Source of the DNA: an uncultured virus (IMG/VR IMGVR_UViG_3300024343_000011)
Lineage: Duplodnaviria; Heunggongvirae; Uroviricota; Caudoviricetes; Crassvirales
IMG/VR virus record: IMGVR_UViG_3300024343_000011
DNA length: 64,000 nt
Direction: 5' to 3' (one strand)
The notes under the pieces are model-generated. The model worked only from the letters and a program-made list of their open reading frames with translations. It made no database searches and was not told the DNA's origin. Below, piece after piece: positions 41,708 to 52,789 of the stretch (position 1 is its first letter; every line of letters begins with the position of its first letter). The position numbers were made by a program, and so were the translations under genes.

Positions 41708-44700
41708 ATGCCAAATAAAATAGACGCTCTTTACTCAGAAGTATCCAAGTCATACGAAGTAGGCTCGATTGACGACTTTAAGAAATATTTGGCCGACCCT
41801 AAGAAGAGGCAGTTGTTTTTTAAGGAAGTAATTGCACCTGAGTATGACGTGAAGTCTATCGAAGACTTTGACGAGGCATACGGATTTAAAAAAAAAAGTA
41901 CGGAGTCTCTTTCTCAAGGGGCTCAAAAAGATATTTTCTCGGTTTCTGGAGAGACGCCGAAAGCTGGGCCTTCGGCGCCTTCTGTAAATCCTCCAAGCAA
42001 TAAGCTTCAAGAGGAATTATTCCAAAAGTCAAGACTAGCCGCTAGCGCATTTGTTAATCCAATGAAGCCGGGGTATACCCCTGTCCCAGAGGCCGAGGCA
42101 AAGAAAGCTTTTTATGGTAAGGCTAATGTAGAAGCGGGAACTCTTAGGGGGATTCCTGGCGAGACAAAAAGCACCGTAGCCAATCTTAACGACAAGTATA
42201 AAAAACTTGGTGTTCAATTTAAAGAAGCTCCTAGTAAAATTCAGAAAAGTTTTGGATTAGGAGACATTGTCGTAACGGCAGACGATGGGTCTACGCACAT
42301 TGTTCAGTCTACAGGTGCTGATGAAAAATTGAGAGAAGAGGAAGCAAAGTTGCAGGAATTCCTAATGGGTAAGTCTGCTGGTGCAGAAAAGAAAGAGGTA
42401 ACTCCTATGGATTTCTTGATGATGTCAAGAGATGGTATATCTCCACAAGAAGAGGGCAAGTTTAAAAGAGTATACAGCCAAGAGATGGTTGACAACTCTA
42501 TTAAGTTTGCAAATGACGAGTTAAACAATACAAAGAAAGCTGTAGACGATATCAACAAAGAGGTATCTCAATTGAACGAAGAAGCCAAAAAGATATCTGA
42601 GATAGTTGCAGTAAGTGGAGTTACTCCAGAAATTGAGGAAACGTACAACTCAATTACTCAGAGATATCAAGACTTACAGGCAAGAGCAGATGAAAGAGTT
42701 AATTATGCAAAAAGCATAGCCACATTGGCTGATGAAGGGGTGAAGAAAGCAGCTGGTGAGAACACTCGTCTTTTGTCATACAATGGAAATATTCCTAGCG
42801 CATTGTACAACTCTCTTTTGAAAGGAGCTAAAGATTTGGTTGGTGGAGCAATGGCTGCACTTCCAGAGGTGGCCGATATTGCTACATTGGGTGCTTCTGA
42901 AAGTTTTTATGGAGACAAGGTGCAAGCCAAGGAGGATTCTAAAAAGTTTCTTGACGAAATATATGACAACTTAAAAGCAGATGGTGTTTCAAAAGAATAC
43001 ACAACGCAGGGCAATATGGCGTGGAAAGCCTTGTTCTCTGTTCCAGAATTTATACCATCTTTACTAGTTCCTGGTGGAGCTGCCGCTAGAGTAACAGCTA
43101 TGACTACTCAGGGCATTGGCAGACGATACGAGGAGATGAACAGTAATCCAGAGACAAAGAATCTTATAGAAGAGGAAAAGTTCTTTATGGCTGCTGGGCC
43201 AGCATTGGTAGAGGCCAAGCTCGAGAACTTTGGTTTAACACAATGGCTTGGTGCCAACAAAGGATTGACATCTTCGATATTTGTTAGTGCACTTTCTAAG
43301 GTAGCTCCAAAGGCTGGCATAAGAGGCCTTAATAAGATCATCAATGCAGAGATAAATAATTTGGTCTTGAGAGGAGCGGCCAATACAGCTGGTGCAATGA
43401 TAAGCGAGTTTGAAACAGGAGCTCTTCAAAACATTTCAGAGACTGCGTTTAGAGATGCATACGAAATAGCAAAGGATAAAAACTTATTCAAGCAGCCTGG
43501 GTTTGGTGAGGATGGATTCAAGAAAGCGCTGTTAGAAGACGCAATGCTAGAGAGTCTGGGGGGTATGTGGATGGCCGGAGCTGTGAATATTGCACAGCAA
43601 ACATCAAGCTACATTACCGGAAAGTCTAATACAAATGAAACGTTTAGACTTGTAAAGCAAATACTTGCAGACGAAACTACATCAAAGTCTTTGATCGCTA
43701 CTCTAAAGTCTCAGATAATGGATGGAAAGCTTTCCAAGGAACAAGCCGTAAATACCATTAACAACTTTAACGAGGCCCGTGCTATAACAATGGAGTTGCC
43801 TCAAGACCTTAGCGAAGACAATCAAAGAAAAGCATTTGACTTAATTGCAGAGAAACGTAAGCTTTCAAAACAAATTGAAGGTAAAGATCCTTCATTAGTA
43901 GATAAACAAAAAACGCGTATAACCGCGATTGACCAAGAACTAAAAAACATATCAAATGCCGTTCAAGAGCAAACAACAAGTGAAGTACCTGTACAGCCAG
44001 AAGCCAGAGTTGGCGAAGAAGTGGTCGAAGGAAAACCCCAGCCAGAACCTGAAGTCGTTACCGAAGAAGGTCAAGTCGCAAAAGAAGAAATAGCCACAAA
44101 ACAAAGCGAGACCGAGTCAAAAATAAAAAGAAAAGATTTATTTGATGGCGTTGGAACTTTTTCAAGGCAACTAGGCGGCAGCGATGTGGACGCTGTTCCG
44201 GTATCTCATTCAGAGAATAACGGAATAGAGTTTGTTCAATACGCAAACCCTAACACCGGATCTATAGATGTCGTTGTAACGGGTACTTCAGAAAATGACT
44301 ATGTAGGGTTTTATAGGATTTACGAAAACGGAAAACCTACAAATAAATGGAGTTCGAAGTTTGAAAACCAGTCAAGAAACAAAGAGAACTTTAAGACTAT
44401 GATCAGTGGTGTACAGTCAATGTTGCCAAGTGATCACGAGTATACAGAAAAAACAAGTATCTCTACCGATGGACTTAGAGTTTGGAACCAGCAACTTGGG
44501 CGAGGTTATGAATTGCAATTTGATGAAAAAGGAGATGTAGTAACAAATGAGGTGTCTATCAATGGTGATGCAATTGTAAATGAACTTGGTGTAGATGTAG
44601 TTCCAGGAAATTTCCAGAATATTTCGGTGACAACAAACGATCAATTTGACAAGGCAAAGAAAGCCATACTTCCATACTTAGAAAGTATGGGACTTGGTGA

Positions 44701-47700
44701 GTCTAATATCAAATGGGAAAATGGAACCGTAAAGATAGACTTACCAGTATTAAAAAAGAGTACTACTGTTAAAGATCAAAAGGAAGTATCAGTAGATAAA
44801 CAGGCAATTGCCAATAACACATCACTAGAAGTAGACTCTATTAAAAACGCAGCTGTAGACGTAGAAACTGGCCAGACGTTTAACATAGACGGAACTGTTT
44901 ATACTGGAGGTGGATTAGTTGTTCCTGTTGCAAGCCAAAACTTAACACAAGAAGAGCTTACCCCAGAGCTAATTGCTGACTTTGTAGAACAAAACAAAAG
45001 CAAGGTAGGGTCAAATGCTGTAAAGGTTGGAATTTATAAGTTCCCGAATAGTAACAAAGTATCTATCGACTTAAACATAGTGGTTCCAAGAGAGAATAGA
45101 GAGGCAGCTCTTGAGTTTGGAAGATTGTCGGGACAAGAATCATTGTTTGACTTGGATACTTTCGAGAACGTAAAGACTGGAGCAGATGGAAATAACCCGA
45201 TAGAATTTAACGATGATCAATTTGTAGACATCGCAAAAAAGCTAGAAAGTGGAATTGTTCCAGATGTATCTGTGCAAACAGAGTTCGATCAGGCCTTGAA
45301 CAAGTCTGCTCAAGCACTTAACATGGTGGCACCGGGATTAAAGGTGATAGTGGGGGAGAATATTGACGATGTACAGAACCAAATCGTAGAGGCACTAGCT
45401 CCATTAGTTGGCGAGAGACAGGCCGTAAAGGCATCCGAGGAGTTTGCCCAAGGCACTAGGGGTCAGACAATCTTTGTTGACGGCAAGCCAGTAGCTATTG
45501 TATTCGATAAGACTACCGCGGATAGCCGTACAATTGGACACGAAGCATGGGAGACAATGCTGAACGATGCGTTCGGCAACGACCAAGCCAAGTTCAAGGA
45601 GTTTACAGCAGGCATCGACGCACAGCTAAGGGCTCAAGGTTTTACTGATATCGCTGATGCTTTGGATGCATTTGCCAGCCAGAAGGGCTACGAAGCCGTA
45701 AAATACTCGGAGTACATGGCTGAGCTTGGAGGTATGTTGGTAGAGGCTGGCTTCGGAAAGGGATCACTAACGGCTCAACAGAAGACATTACTACAGAAGA
45801 TCGGTGACATCATCAATAAGTTTGCTGAGCTATTCACCGGCAAGAAGCAGTTTTTAGATCAGGCTACTCCAGAGGATATCCTTGGATTCATGGTGACCAT
45901 CTCTGAGAAGGTTGCTAAGGGTGAGGACGTGTCAAGCTTCTTTAGAAAAGGCGAGAAGGCTAAGGCTAAGGAAGGCGTGACATCTAGAAAGCAGGCAGAG
46001 AAAATATTCACAGGAGAAGAAAAGGTACCTACATTCAAGAGCCTTCCAGAGATAGCCAATTGGCTTGAGGGTTGGTCCAAGAAGAATAAAATATTTGCAA
46101 AAGACATAAAGGATGTATCTGATCAAGAGTTTGTAAAGAAGCTTGAGTCTCATACATTAAAAGAGCTAGCGGCTTGGGATGGTGTTCGTGGTCAGGACTA
46201 TGTAAGCTTCTATGTTGGAGATATCGTAGATCGCCTTAATCCTAAATTGCAAAAATTCGCAGAGGCTAGATACGGAAGGATGTTGACTCCAGGCGAGGTA
46301 ACTCTTTACCACGCTGTCAGCGGATTTGCATCTCCACAGGCAGATCCTATGTTTGACTCTAGTAAGGGTCTTGAGATATTCGACAAGTACATGAATGGTG
46401 GAAAGCCAGATGTAAATAAACTATCTGGTTATGCTGACAAGCAAGCTACTATATATGAATTAAACGACAAAGGAAAGAAAGTAGATACAGGTAAATTAAA
46501 GTTTGACAAAGAGGGAAATCCTGTTTACTCTCAAGTCTCAATGCACTACGCTGTACCTTCTTTGAATAAAATGAAGGCCATGATATCTCATTTTGAAGGA
46601 GATGTTGAAAAGGCTATGGAATGGATGACATCTATCCACTCTTACGAAGAGATATCCGAAGTAATGGGTACTCCATTAAAAGGGGCTAAGGCTCTTACTC
46701 CTCACGAGAACTTGAGCAAGGAAGACGGTGGATTTGGTATCTTTGGATTTACTGGTGCCAAGTTGGGATCTTATATCCTTAACAGGGTCGGAGAGTACTC
46801 TACGGTTACCAAGGACATGTGGTACGCCAGAACAATGGCAAGACTAGTTGGCGAGCCATTGACAAAAGATGGCAAGGCCATGACAGACCCATGGGCAGCT
46901 GGCACTGTTGCTGGTGTGAAGAAAAGAAAACTTGCAGATCAGGCTTGGGAATCAGTTGCTAAGAAATTAAATATTAGCCCGTCTGACGTTCAAGAAAGAA
47001 TGTGGGACTTTGAGAAAAGACTTTATGAGAAGATGGGTGCTATAGAAAAGGCATCTTACGCCTCAGAAGGTTTCATGAAGACCGCAAAGAAGCTTGAGCC
47101 AGGCTTAGATCTAGAGACCAAGGTGGTGGAGTCACGCTCACAGAAGAATGTACCACCGGTAGTAGACGAGGTTCTTACCGATGACGGTAAGGGCAACTAC
47201 TTATTCGTTCACTACTCTGATGAGAATAGAGATGTGATCAAGCCAATGTCAGGATCTAAGAGCAACTTCACAAGCCGTGAAGAGGTATCTGCGATATCTG
47301 CAGTAGGTGGTGTTGCAATGTACTACACAAAGTCCGGCCAGAAAGAGAGCGGTGTTGGTAATGTTCCACACACAGTTTTAGTTCCAAAGGACAAGGTATA
47401 CTTCTACGGAAGCACAAAAAAGGGGACCGTCTCTCACGATCCAGAAGGATTCGAGGAAGAGGCAAGACAAAGATTCCAGGCCTACAGGAACCGTGGAAAC
47501 GAGGACAGACCAACAAAGTATGCGTTTGATGCAAACAACTCAGCAGCTTGGGTGACCAAGGTTGCCGGTGAGAATGGTTACGACATGCTAGTTACCAACT
47601 GGGGAGGACCTAACAGTTACCGTGCTCAGACTACCAAGGCATTAAAGCCAGAGGCAGAGTACACTGGTTTCAAGAAGCCAGAGCCTGTGGTATTTGAGGT

Positions 47701-50700
47701 AGGAGACGAGGTCTTCTTGTATGGAAGATATGCTACTATTGTAGCTGTTGATGGGGACGTCCTTTCGTATGAATCTCAAAACGACTTCGGAAGATTTGAT
47801 ACTGGTAAGTTCACGTTGTCACCATATACAAGCTACAAGATCACAATGATCGAGAAGGCTAAGCCGTCTGTTACAACTCGCTCTCAGAAGGTAGAGGTAA
47901 AGACCATCCCTGGATACGACAGAATGATGAACGAGGTCGAGGGTATTATGGACAAGAGCATCAACAGGGGCAGGTCTTATAATCAAACAAGCGCTAACGC
48001 AGTTGACTACATTCAGAAGTCATCTGTTTATGAAAGGGCAGACGATTCTCAGCGTGAGCAGATCATCCGCGACTTCAAGAAGATCAGAGGAGAGAAGTTT
48101 AAGACCGCTCCGTCTGTGGCTAAAATACTAGGCCAGATCGAGGACGTAAAAAAGGTAACAGTAAAAGAGAGCACAGCGCTTAAGGATCAGATCAAGTTGG
48201 AGGCAAAGGCAGCCAAGGACTCTGCAGCCTTTGTAAAGCAGCTCCGCATGGACATCTCTGGTAGGTTAAAGTCTATGGTTGGCCGTGGCATGATGTCTGC
48301 TAGACAGGCCACCGCTATTATCTCTCGCTACGACAAGATGAACATATTGAACCCTGTGATGCGTGACCGCTTTGTAGACTACATGTCTAGGGTATTCCAA
48401 AGCGCTGAGTACATGGACAAGATCAAGGAAGCGTCAAAGCTTAGAGCATCTATCAAGAAGGCCATGAAGTCACCTGCAAACCAAGCAGAGATTGCAAAGC
48501 TTGCTAAGGACTTTGGAGACATTGATCCGTCTCGCGTAGAGAATATTGACGACTATATTAACAACGCAACACAGATGCTAAACGCAGTGGCCAGAAAGAC
48601 TGGAGATCCATTGATGCGTAGCCTTGTGAATGCTGCTGATATGAACTCTTATATTGATATAGAGATCGAGGCACAGAGAGAGCAGATCAAGAACGAGTTA
48701 CTAGACAAGTATAAAGAATTGGTAGACGCTGGTGTATTGTCAAGCGACATGACCATCAATGAGATCAAGAAGGTCGTTGCAGCTATTGAGGAAAACGATA
48801 GCGATGCTGTAGCCAAGGAAGAGAAGGCAAAGGCCGCTGTCAAGGAAATGATGGCCGAGGTATCCCCATTGATTGTGCAGATCGTTAAGACTGGAGAGGA
48901 TCCATTCACTGGCGAGCCTATATCACTTACACAGGACGAGAAGAAGTCATTGATCGCATTGACTAATATTGACACCGACAGTCTTTCATTGTCAGAGGCA
49001 TTGCAGGTCCTTGAATATGCCAACAACTTTGTTGCAAATGGTATCACTTCTGGTATCGATGGAATGGTAAGCCTTTACCAAGGAGGACTGAATGCCGGAG
49101 AGCTAGTTGATGATGGTATCAAGTCTATCCCATTGAGCAAGTACTTCTCTGGGCTAGTTGGAAGAGTATGGGGCGAAGGATTCGCAACGCTTCCAATGCT
49201 TAACAAGTTATTATGGGGTAACACAAGGCGTGCTATAATGGTCTCTGAGAAGGCCGGAATCAATGGAGTGTCGAATGGTAAGGCCAAGGCCTTGAAGATG
49301 GTTGACAATGCTGTTAAACAGTACGTAAAGCTATTCTCGAAGACCAAGGACTTCTTGGCAAGTGAGAATGTTGTCGAGCGTGGTGTATTTGCATTCATGT
49401 CTAGAAACGTGGTCGGCGATGAATTCCAGGCGCAAGACGAGTTTAATAGGCGCAAATCACTCATTAAGGAAACAATCCAGGCGCTATCTGACGTAGACAA
49501 CAACACTGAATCAGAAATCAAGAAGGGCGAGGTCATCCAAAAGGTGTACGACAAGGTCTTGAAAGATGCCAAGAATATTAATGACGTCAAGAAAAACGTA
49601 AGCCAGATAAACCAAGACGCTGTAAACTGGTGGATAAACAAGTGGTCTGAGAACTTCGACCGTATCGACGAGGTATCTAGAAACGTGTACAACACACAGC
49701 TGTCTAGGGACATTGACTTTACACCCGACAGGTTCCAACTAAAGGAGGCACCAACAGCTGTAGAGGAAGACTTTGAGTCTGGATTCTTTGGAAACTTTGA
49801 GTACGTTGACACATCTAAGTCAGGATCACTGAGAAAAAATAACCGTATCTCTAATCTTCCAAAGGACAAGAACGGTGTTAAAACCCGTATAGTCAACCTT
49901 GACTTCGACGTTAACAATGTTAACGCATTGACAAGTGCAATGGTAGACGTAGAGACCGCTAGCTCTGTAATGCAGATGAAAGGTTTTGTTACATCTAAAA
50001 ACTTCTCAAAGCTTTTCTCAAACAAGGAAGACAAGAACCTTTACAAGAAGAGACTGATCAAGTACGTAAACCGTGCCAAGGGTGGTTCTTATGTGGACCA
50101 GAATGAGCTTTCAAAGATAAATAGAACAATTAATACCATTGCATCATTTGGTGTTGCTAAGGCATTGTTCAGTGTGTCACAGCCATTTAAGCAGTTCTTT
50201 CCTCCAATGATAAACACTTTTGTTCAGACAGGTAGGTTTGACTTAAACAAGTTGCTGTACAATGGCGGAATGGGCTTTATTGACAGTTCTGGTTATCCTA
50301 TCGCCAACCGTGGTGTCGCATCTCAGGGTGAACTTAAGTCTATCAACAGACAGTTGGTAGAGGCAGAGAAGAACTTGGCCATGCGTGGACTAGATGGTGT
50401 TGCGGAGTTTAGCAACAAGACTCTTGAAATTACACTTAAGAATCCGGACATTTTTGCTGCACGTGCCTCTTGGATTTCTTTTTACTTGAGCAAGTTGAAG
50501 AAGCAGGGTGTAAATATCTCTGGAATAGATTTCAATACTCACGAGCTAAATAAAGATGCGGCCGACTACGCACAGGCGATGGTTGACTCTCAGCAAAACA
50601 TCAGTGACACTGACATGCAGGGAGAGATCTTCGCTAGCAAGCAGCCAGCTACTGTGTTCTTGAGACGTGCCATTCTTCCATTGATGACATTTACCTTAAA

Positions 50701-51391
50701 CCAAAAGACTCGTATATGGTCTGACGTAAGAACCCTTTCAAATGACGTGTCGTCAAAAAATGACAAGGTAGAGGCGGCCAAGTCTTTATCTGGAGCGTTG
50801 ATCGAGTTAGTAGCGTTCCAGGGAATAGTACTTGCGTTCAAGGAGCTTTACAATGTAGTAGCAGCTGCCATCATGGGTGAAGATGAGGACGAAGAGGAAA
50901 AGAAAATCAGAAAGATGAGACAGTCTCAATCCACTGCTCAGGCATTCATGAAGGACTTCTTCTTGCCACCGATCCCCGGAATGGACATATTAGCTAGCAA
51001 GGGTGTCAATTACCTTTTAGACGAGACGGGCCTATCTGACGAGTTGCCATACAAGTGGTACGGTATCGAGGACGAGGAGCAGAAGTTCAGACTGTACGAC
51101 AAGATGAACAAAGGTTACTTGGACATGCTTGGAACGCAGGGTATCGCAGCTGAGAAAGCTCTTGAGCTAATCGAATACTATGACGCTGCTATCGATGGCG
51201 AGTTCACCAAAGAGTACAACGGCAATAAAGTAAAAAAGGCCCTCATGGAAGAGGACCTTGATATAGCTAGAATGAATGCTATTATTATGACTGCTTATTA
51301 TGGAGGTGTGTTACCATCAGACATGGCTAACATCGTCAACATAATGAACAAGAAGATTCAGAAGAGAGCAGAGCAGGTAGACGAGGACTAG
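41708..51391 (+). CDS. giant (3227 aa) polyvalent internal virion/ejection protein
   Basis: Last late gene; modular; GHEAWE zincin-like and TKDMWYAR glycosylase-like motifs. Confidence 0.65.
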   Translation: MPNKIDALYSEVSKSYEVGSIDDFKKYLADPKKRQLFFKEVIAPEYDVKSIEDFDEAYGFKKKSTESLSQGAQKDIFSVSGETPKAGPSAPSVNPPSNKLQEELFQKSRLAASAFVNPMKPGYTPVPEAEAKKAFYGKANVEAGTLRGIPGETKSTVANLNDKYKKLGVQFKEAPSKIQKSFGLGDIVVTADDGSTHIVQSTGADEKLREEEAKLQEFLMGKSAGAEKKEVTPMDFLMMSRDGISPQEEGKFKRVYSQEMVDNSIKFANDELNNTKKAVDDINKEVSQLNEEAKKISEIVAVSGVTPEIEETYNSITQRYQDLQARADERVNYAKSIATLADEGVKKAAGENTRLLSYNGNIPSALYNSLLKGAKDLVGGAMAALPEVADIATLGASESFYGDKVQAKEDSKKFLDEIYDNLKADGVSKEYTTQGNMAWKALFSVPEFIPSLLVPGGAAARVTAMTTQGIGRRYEEMNSNPETKNLIEEEKFFMAAGPALVEAKLENFGLTQWLGANKGLTSSIFVSALSKVAPKAGIRGLNKIINAEINNLVLRGAANTAGAMISEFETGALQNISETAFRDAYEIAKDKNLFKQPGFGEDGFKKALLEDAMLESLGGMWMAGAVNIAQQTSSYITGKSNTNETFRLVKQILADETTSKSLIATLKSQIMDGKLSKEQAVNTINNFNEARAITMELPQDLSEDNQRKAFDLIAEKRKLSKQIEGKDPSLVDKQKTRITAIDQELKNISNAVQEQTTSEVPVQPEARVGEEVVEGKPQPEPEVVTEEGQVAKEEIATKQSETESKIKRKDLFDGVGTFSRQLGGSDVDAVPVSHSENNGIEFVQYANPNTGSIDVVVTGTSENDYVGFYRIYENGKPTNKWSSKFENQSRNKENFKTMISGVQSMLPSDHEYTEKTSISTDGLRVWNQQLGRGYELQFDEKGDVVTNEVSINGDAIVNELGVDVVPGNFQNISVTTNDQFDKAKKAILPYLESMGLGESNIKWENGTVKIDLPVLKKSTTVKDQKEVSVDKQAIANNTSLEVDSIKNAAVDVETGQTFNIDGTVYTGGGLVVPVASQNLTQEELTPELIADFVEQNKSKVGSNAVKVGIYKFPNSNKVSIDLNIVVPRENREAALEFGRLSGQESLFDLDTFENVKTGADGNNPIEFNDDQFVDIAKKLESGIVPDVSVQTEFDQALNKSAQALNMVAPGLKVIVGENIDDVQNQIVEALAPLVGERQAVKASEEFAQGTRGQTIFVDGKPVAIVFDKTTADSRTIGHEAWETMLNDAFGNDQAKFKEFTAGIDAQLRAQGFTDIADALDAFASQKGYEAVKYSEYMAELGGMLVEAGFGKGSLTAQQKTLLQKIGDIINKFAELFTGKKQFLDQATPEDILGFMVTISEKVAKGEDVSSFFRKGEKAKAKEGVTSRKQAEKIFTGEEKVPTFKSLPEIANWLEGWSKKNKIFAKDIKDVSDQEFVKKLESHTLKELAAWDGVRGQDYVSFYVGDIVDRLNPKLQKFAEARYGRMLTPGEVTLYHAVSGFASPQADPMFDSSKGLEIFDKYMNGGKPDVNKLSGYADKQATIYELNDKGKKVDTGKLKFDKEGNPVYSQVSMHYAVPSLNKMKAMISHFEGDVEKAMEWMTSIHSYEEISEVMGTPLKGAKALTPHENLSKEDGGFGIFGFTGAKLGSYILNRVGEYSTVTKDMWYARTMARLVGEPLTKDGKAMTDPWAAGTVAGVKKRKLADQAWESVAKKLNISPSDVQERMWDFEKRLYEKMGAIEKASYASEGFMKTAKKLEPGLDLETKVVESRSQKNVPPVVDEVLTDDGKGNYLFVHYSDENRDVIKPMSGSKSNFTSREEVSAISAVGGVAMYYTKSGQKESGVGNVPHTVLVPKDKVYFYGSTKKGTVSHDPEGFEEEARQRFQAYRNRGNEDRPTKYAFDANNSAAWVTKVAGENGYDMLVTNWGGPNSYRAQTTKALKPEAEYTGFKKPEPVVFEVGDEVFLYGRYATIVAVDGDVLSYESQNDFGRFDTGKFTLSPYTSYKITMIEKAKPSVTTRSQKVEVKTIPGYDRMMNEVEGIMDKSINRGRSYNQTSANAVDYIQKSSVYERADDSQREQIIRDFKKIRGEKFKTAPSVAKILGQIEDVKKVTVKESTALKDQIKLEAKAAKDSAAFVKQLRMDISGRLKSMVGRGMMSARQATAIISRYDKMNILNPVMRDRFVDYMSRVFQSAEYMDKIKEASKLRASIKKAMKSPANQAEIAKLAKDFGDIDPSRVENIDDYINNATQMLNAVARKTGDPLMRSLVNAADMNSYIDIEIEAQREQIKNELLDKYKELVDAGVLSSDMTINEIKKVVAAIEENDSDAVAKEEKAKAAVKEMMAEVSPLIVQIVKTGEDPFTGEPISLTQDEKKSLIALTNIDTDSLSLSEALQVLEYANNFVANGITSGIDGMVSLYQGGLNAGELVDDGIKSIPLSKYFSGLVGRVWGEGFATLPMLNKLLWGNTRRAIMVSEKAGINGVSNGKAKALKMVDNAVKQYVKLFSKTKDFLASENVVERGVFAFMSRNVVGDEFQAQDEFNRRKSLIKETIQALSDVDNNTESEIKKGEVIQKVYDKVLKDAKNINDVKKNVSQINQDAVNWWINKWSENFDRIDEVSRNVYNTQLSRDIDFTPDRFQLKEAPTAVEEDFESGFFGNFEYVDTSKSGSLRKNNRISNLPKDKNGVKTRIVNLDFDVNNVNALTSAMVDVETASSVMQMKGFVTSKNFSKLFSNKEDKNLYKKRLIKYVNRAKGGSYVDQNELSKINRTINTIASFGVAKALFSVSQPFKQFFPPMINTFVQTGRFDLNKLLYNGGMGFIDSSGYPIANRGVASQGELKSINRQLVEAEKNLAMRGLDGVAEFSNKTLEITLKNPDIFAARASWISFYLSKLKKQGVNISGIDFNTHELNKDAADYAQAMVDSQQNISDTDMQGEIFASKQPATVFLRRAILPLMTFTLNQKTRIWSDVRTLSNDVSSKNDKVEAAKSLSGALIELVAFQGIVLAFKELYNVVAAAIMGEDEDEEEKKIRKMRQSQSTAQAFMKDFFLPPIPGMDILASKGVNYLLDETGLSDELPYKWYGIEDEEQKFRLYDKMNKGYLDMLGTQGIAAEKALELIEYYDAAIDGEFTKEYNGNKVKKALMEEDLDIARMNAIIMTAYYGGVLPSDMANIVNIMNKKIQKRAEQVDED

Positions 51392-52500
51392 AACAAGTGA
51401 GTGATTCTAGCGACCTGCCCGTGCTCGGGGTGGTGGAGGAAGCCTTCCACCGCCTTGGGAGAGCCGGTGTAACCATTTCTATGGTGCCAGCTATCTGTTC
51501 CAGACGGTGATCGAAGACTCTCCACAGTGACACCGATGTAGTCCTTGGACGTCTTGTGGTGTACGTGGTGTGTATACACATAGCGATGCTTGGTCTGTGA
51601 CCATGACAGCGGTGACTCTTGAGCCATAAGCAATGGCAAGTCCTGCGCCTTGGCACCATCTCCATGTGTCGATCCAATCATGTTGGTCCCGTACGTGTAA
51701 TACTTTCTGTGTGCTATAGAGCAGTCGAAGGTAATGTTTTCGCACTTTGAGAACCATGACTGAATCGTGTCGGCCAAAAAGAATCCATTAGTGTAGTCGT
51801 GGTTAGACGGATTAAAGCAGAAGTGCACGTCAGCAACCGTTACCAGCATCTCGAGTATCTCAATGTAAAGCTGCTTGGCGATCAAGAAGTTGTCGTACCA
51901 CATGCCATCGGTGTCCTGGAACGTACCAGACGTAGTGGTCCTCCTTGGCGTGTCGATGTGCAGGATATCGTTTCCAGCAATAAATAAGATCTTATCAATA
52001 TTGAATCCAGCGGTCTTGTCTAGGATTCCCTTGACTCCCTCTCTGACTCTTTGGACAGCAATTTGGTTGTTGTAGTCCTCGCCTGTCTCGAAAGAGCTAG
52101 CGAGCTTTCCAATGTGAATGTCTGCAGGATCGATCACCAGTAGGTGCCCGTCCTTGCTATGGCTTCTGTGGATGTGTTGGTACAAGGGTGCGTAAGACTT
52201 CATCTGATCGATGATATCATCTCTGATCTCCTCGTAAGATGGGGCGGCGTCTCCCTTTACGTTCATAGAGAAGTTCTTTCCCTTGTGCCAGTAATACTTT
52301 ACCTTGTCAACGGGAACCCCTATTACGTTACACTCTTCAACCAAGGCTCTGTGCTTGGTGATCTGTCTGCATACTTCTTTTCTCACTGTCTCTTCAGACA
52401 TTGGCAGATTGTACTTGTCCTTTAGGGACTTAGCAATCTGGGTCTTATTGAGTTTGCCTTCGGCAAAAAGCTCAACAGCCTCTTGTTTATATGATTTCAT
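51388..52500 (-). CDS. calcineurin-like metallophosphoesterase with N-terminal HTH
   Basis: DIHIG, GND, NHD, HGD and HVHH motifs. Confidence 0.8.
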   Translation of the reverse strand: MKSYKQEAVELFAEGKLNKTQIAKSLKDKYNLPMSEETVRKEVCRQITKHRALVEECNVIGVPVDKVKYYWHKGKNFSMNVKGDAAPSYEEIRDDIIDQMKSYAPLYQHIHRSHSKDGHLLVIDPADIHIGKLASSFETGEDYNNQIAVQRVREGVKGILDKTAGFNIDKILFIAGNDILHIDTPRRTTTSGTFQDTDGMWYDNFLIAKQLYIEILEMLVTVADVHFCFNPSNHDYTNGFFLADTIQSWFSKCENITFDCSIAHRKYYTYGTNMIGSTHGDGAKAQDLPLLMAQESPLSWSQTKHRYVYTHHVHHKTSKDYIGVTVESLRSPSGTDSWHHRNGYTGSPKAVEGFLHHPEHGQVARITHLF

Positions 52501-52672
52501 TTGTGTGGGTCGCTTGAATATCCTTTAACAAAGGTATCATAGCCTCAACGATCTTCTTCACTTCCTTGTTCTCCTGGTCCATCATGGCCTCGTAAAGGTC
52601 TGTAGACAGGCTGTTCAACTCATCCATAACCGAGTTGACGTAGTTAGATATGTTTTTGTGTTCTGCTTTCAT
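52487..52672 (-). CDS. hypothetical protein
   Basis: MKAEHKNISNYVN...LYEAMMD. Confidence 0.55.
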   Translation of the reverse strand: MKAEHKNISNYVNSVMDELNSLSTDLYEAMMDQENKEVKKIVEAMIPLLKDIQATHTNEII

Positions 52673-52789
52673 GGTATTTAAAACAATGGGGCCGGAAAAT
52701 TCCAAACCCCAATGTTACCCAACGAGATATGAACAAGGCAAAGATAATCAGACTATATCCTGAGTTATTAACAAATTGTACGCAAACAT

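Noticed and set aside
41885..41897. Programmed frameshift at TTTAAAAAAAAAA
   Set aside because: The reading frame is intact for 3227 aa and no useful alternative-frame product is evident.
49075..50034. 319-aa antisense ORF (and similar ones, e.g. 53414-54142)
   Set aside because: Shadow ORFs opposite well-supported genes, with no motifs or promoter boxes.
41708..51391. crAss/N4-like virion RNA polymerase
   Set aside because: No DxDxD (DFDID) catalytic motif seen; LDFDVN and DIDF do not fit.
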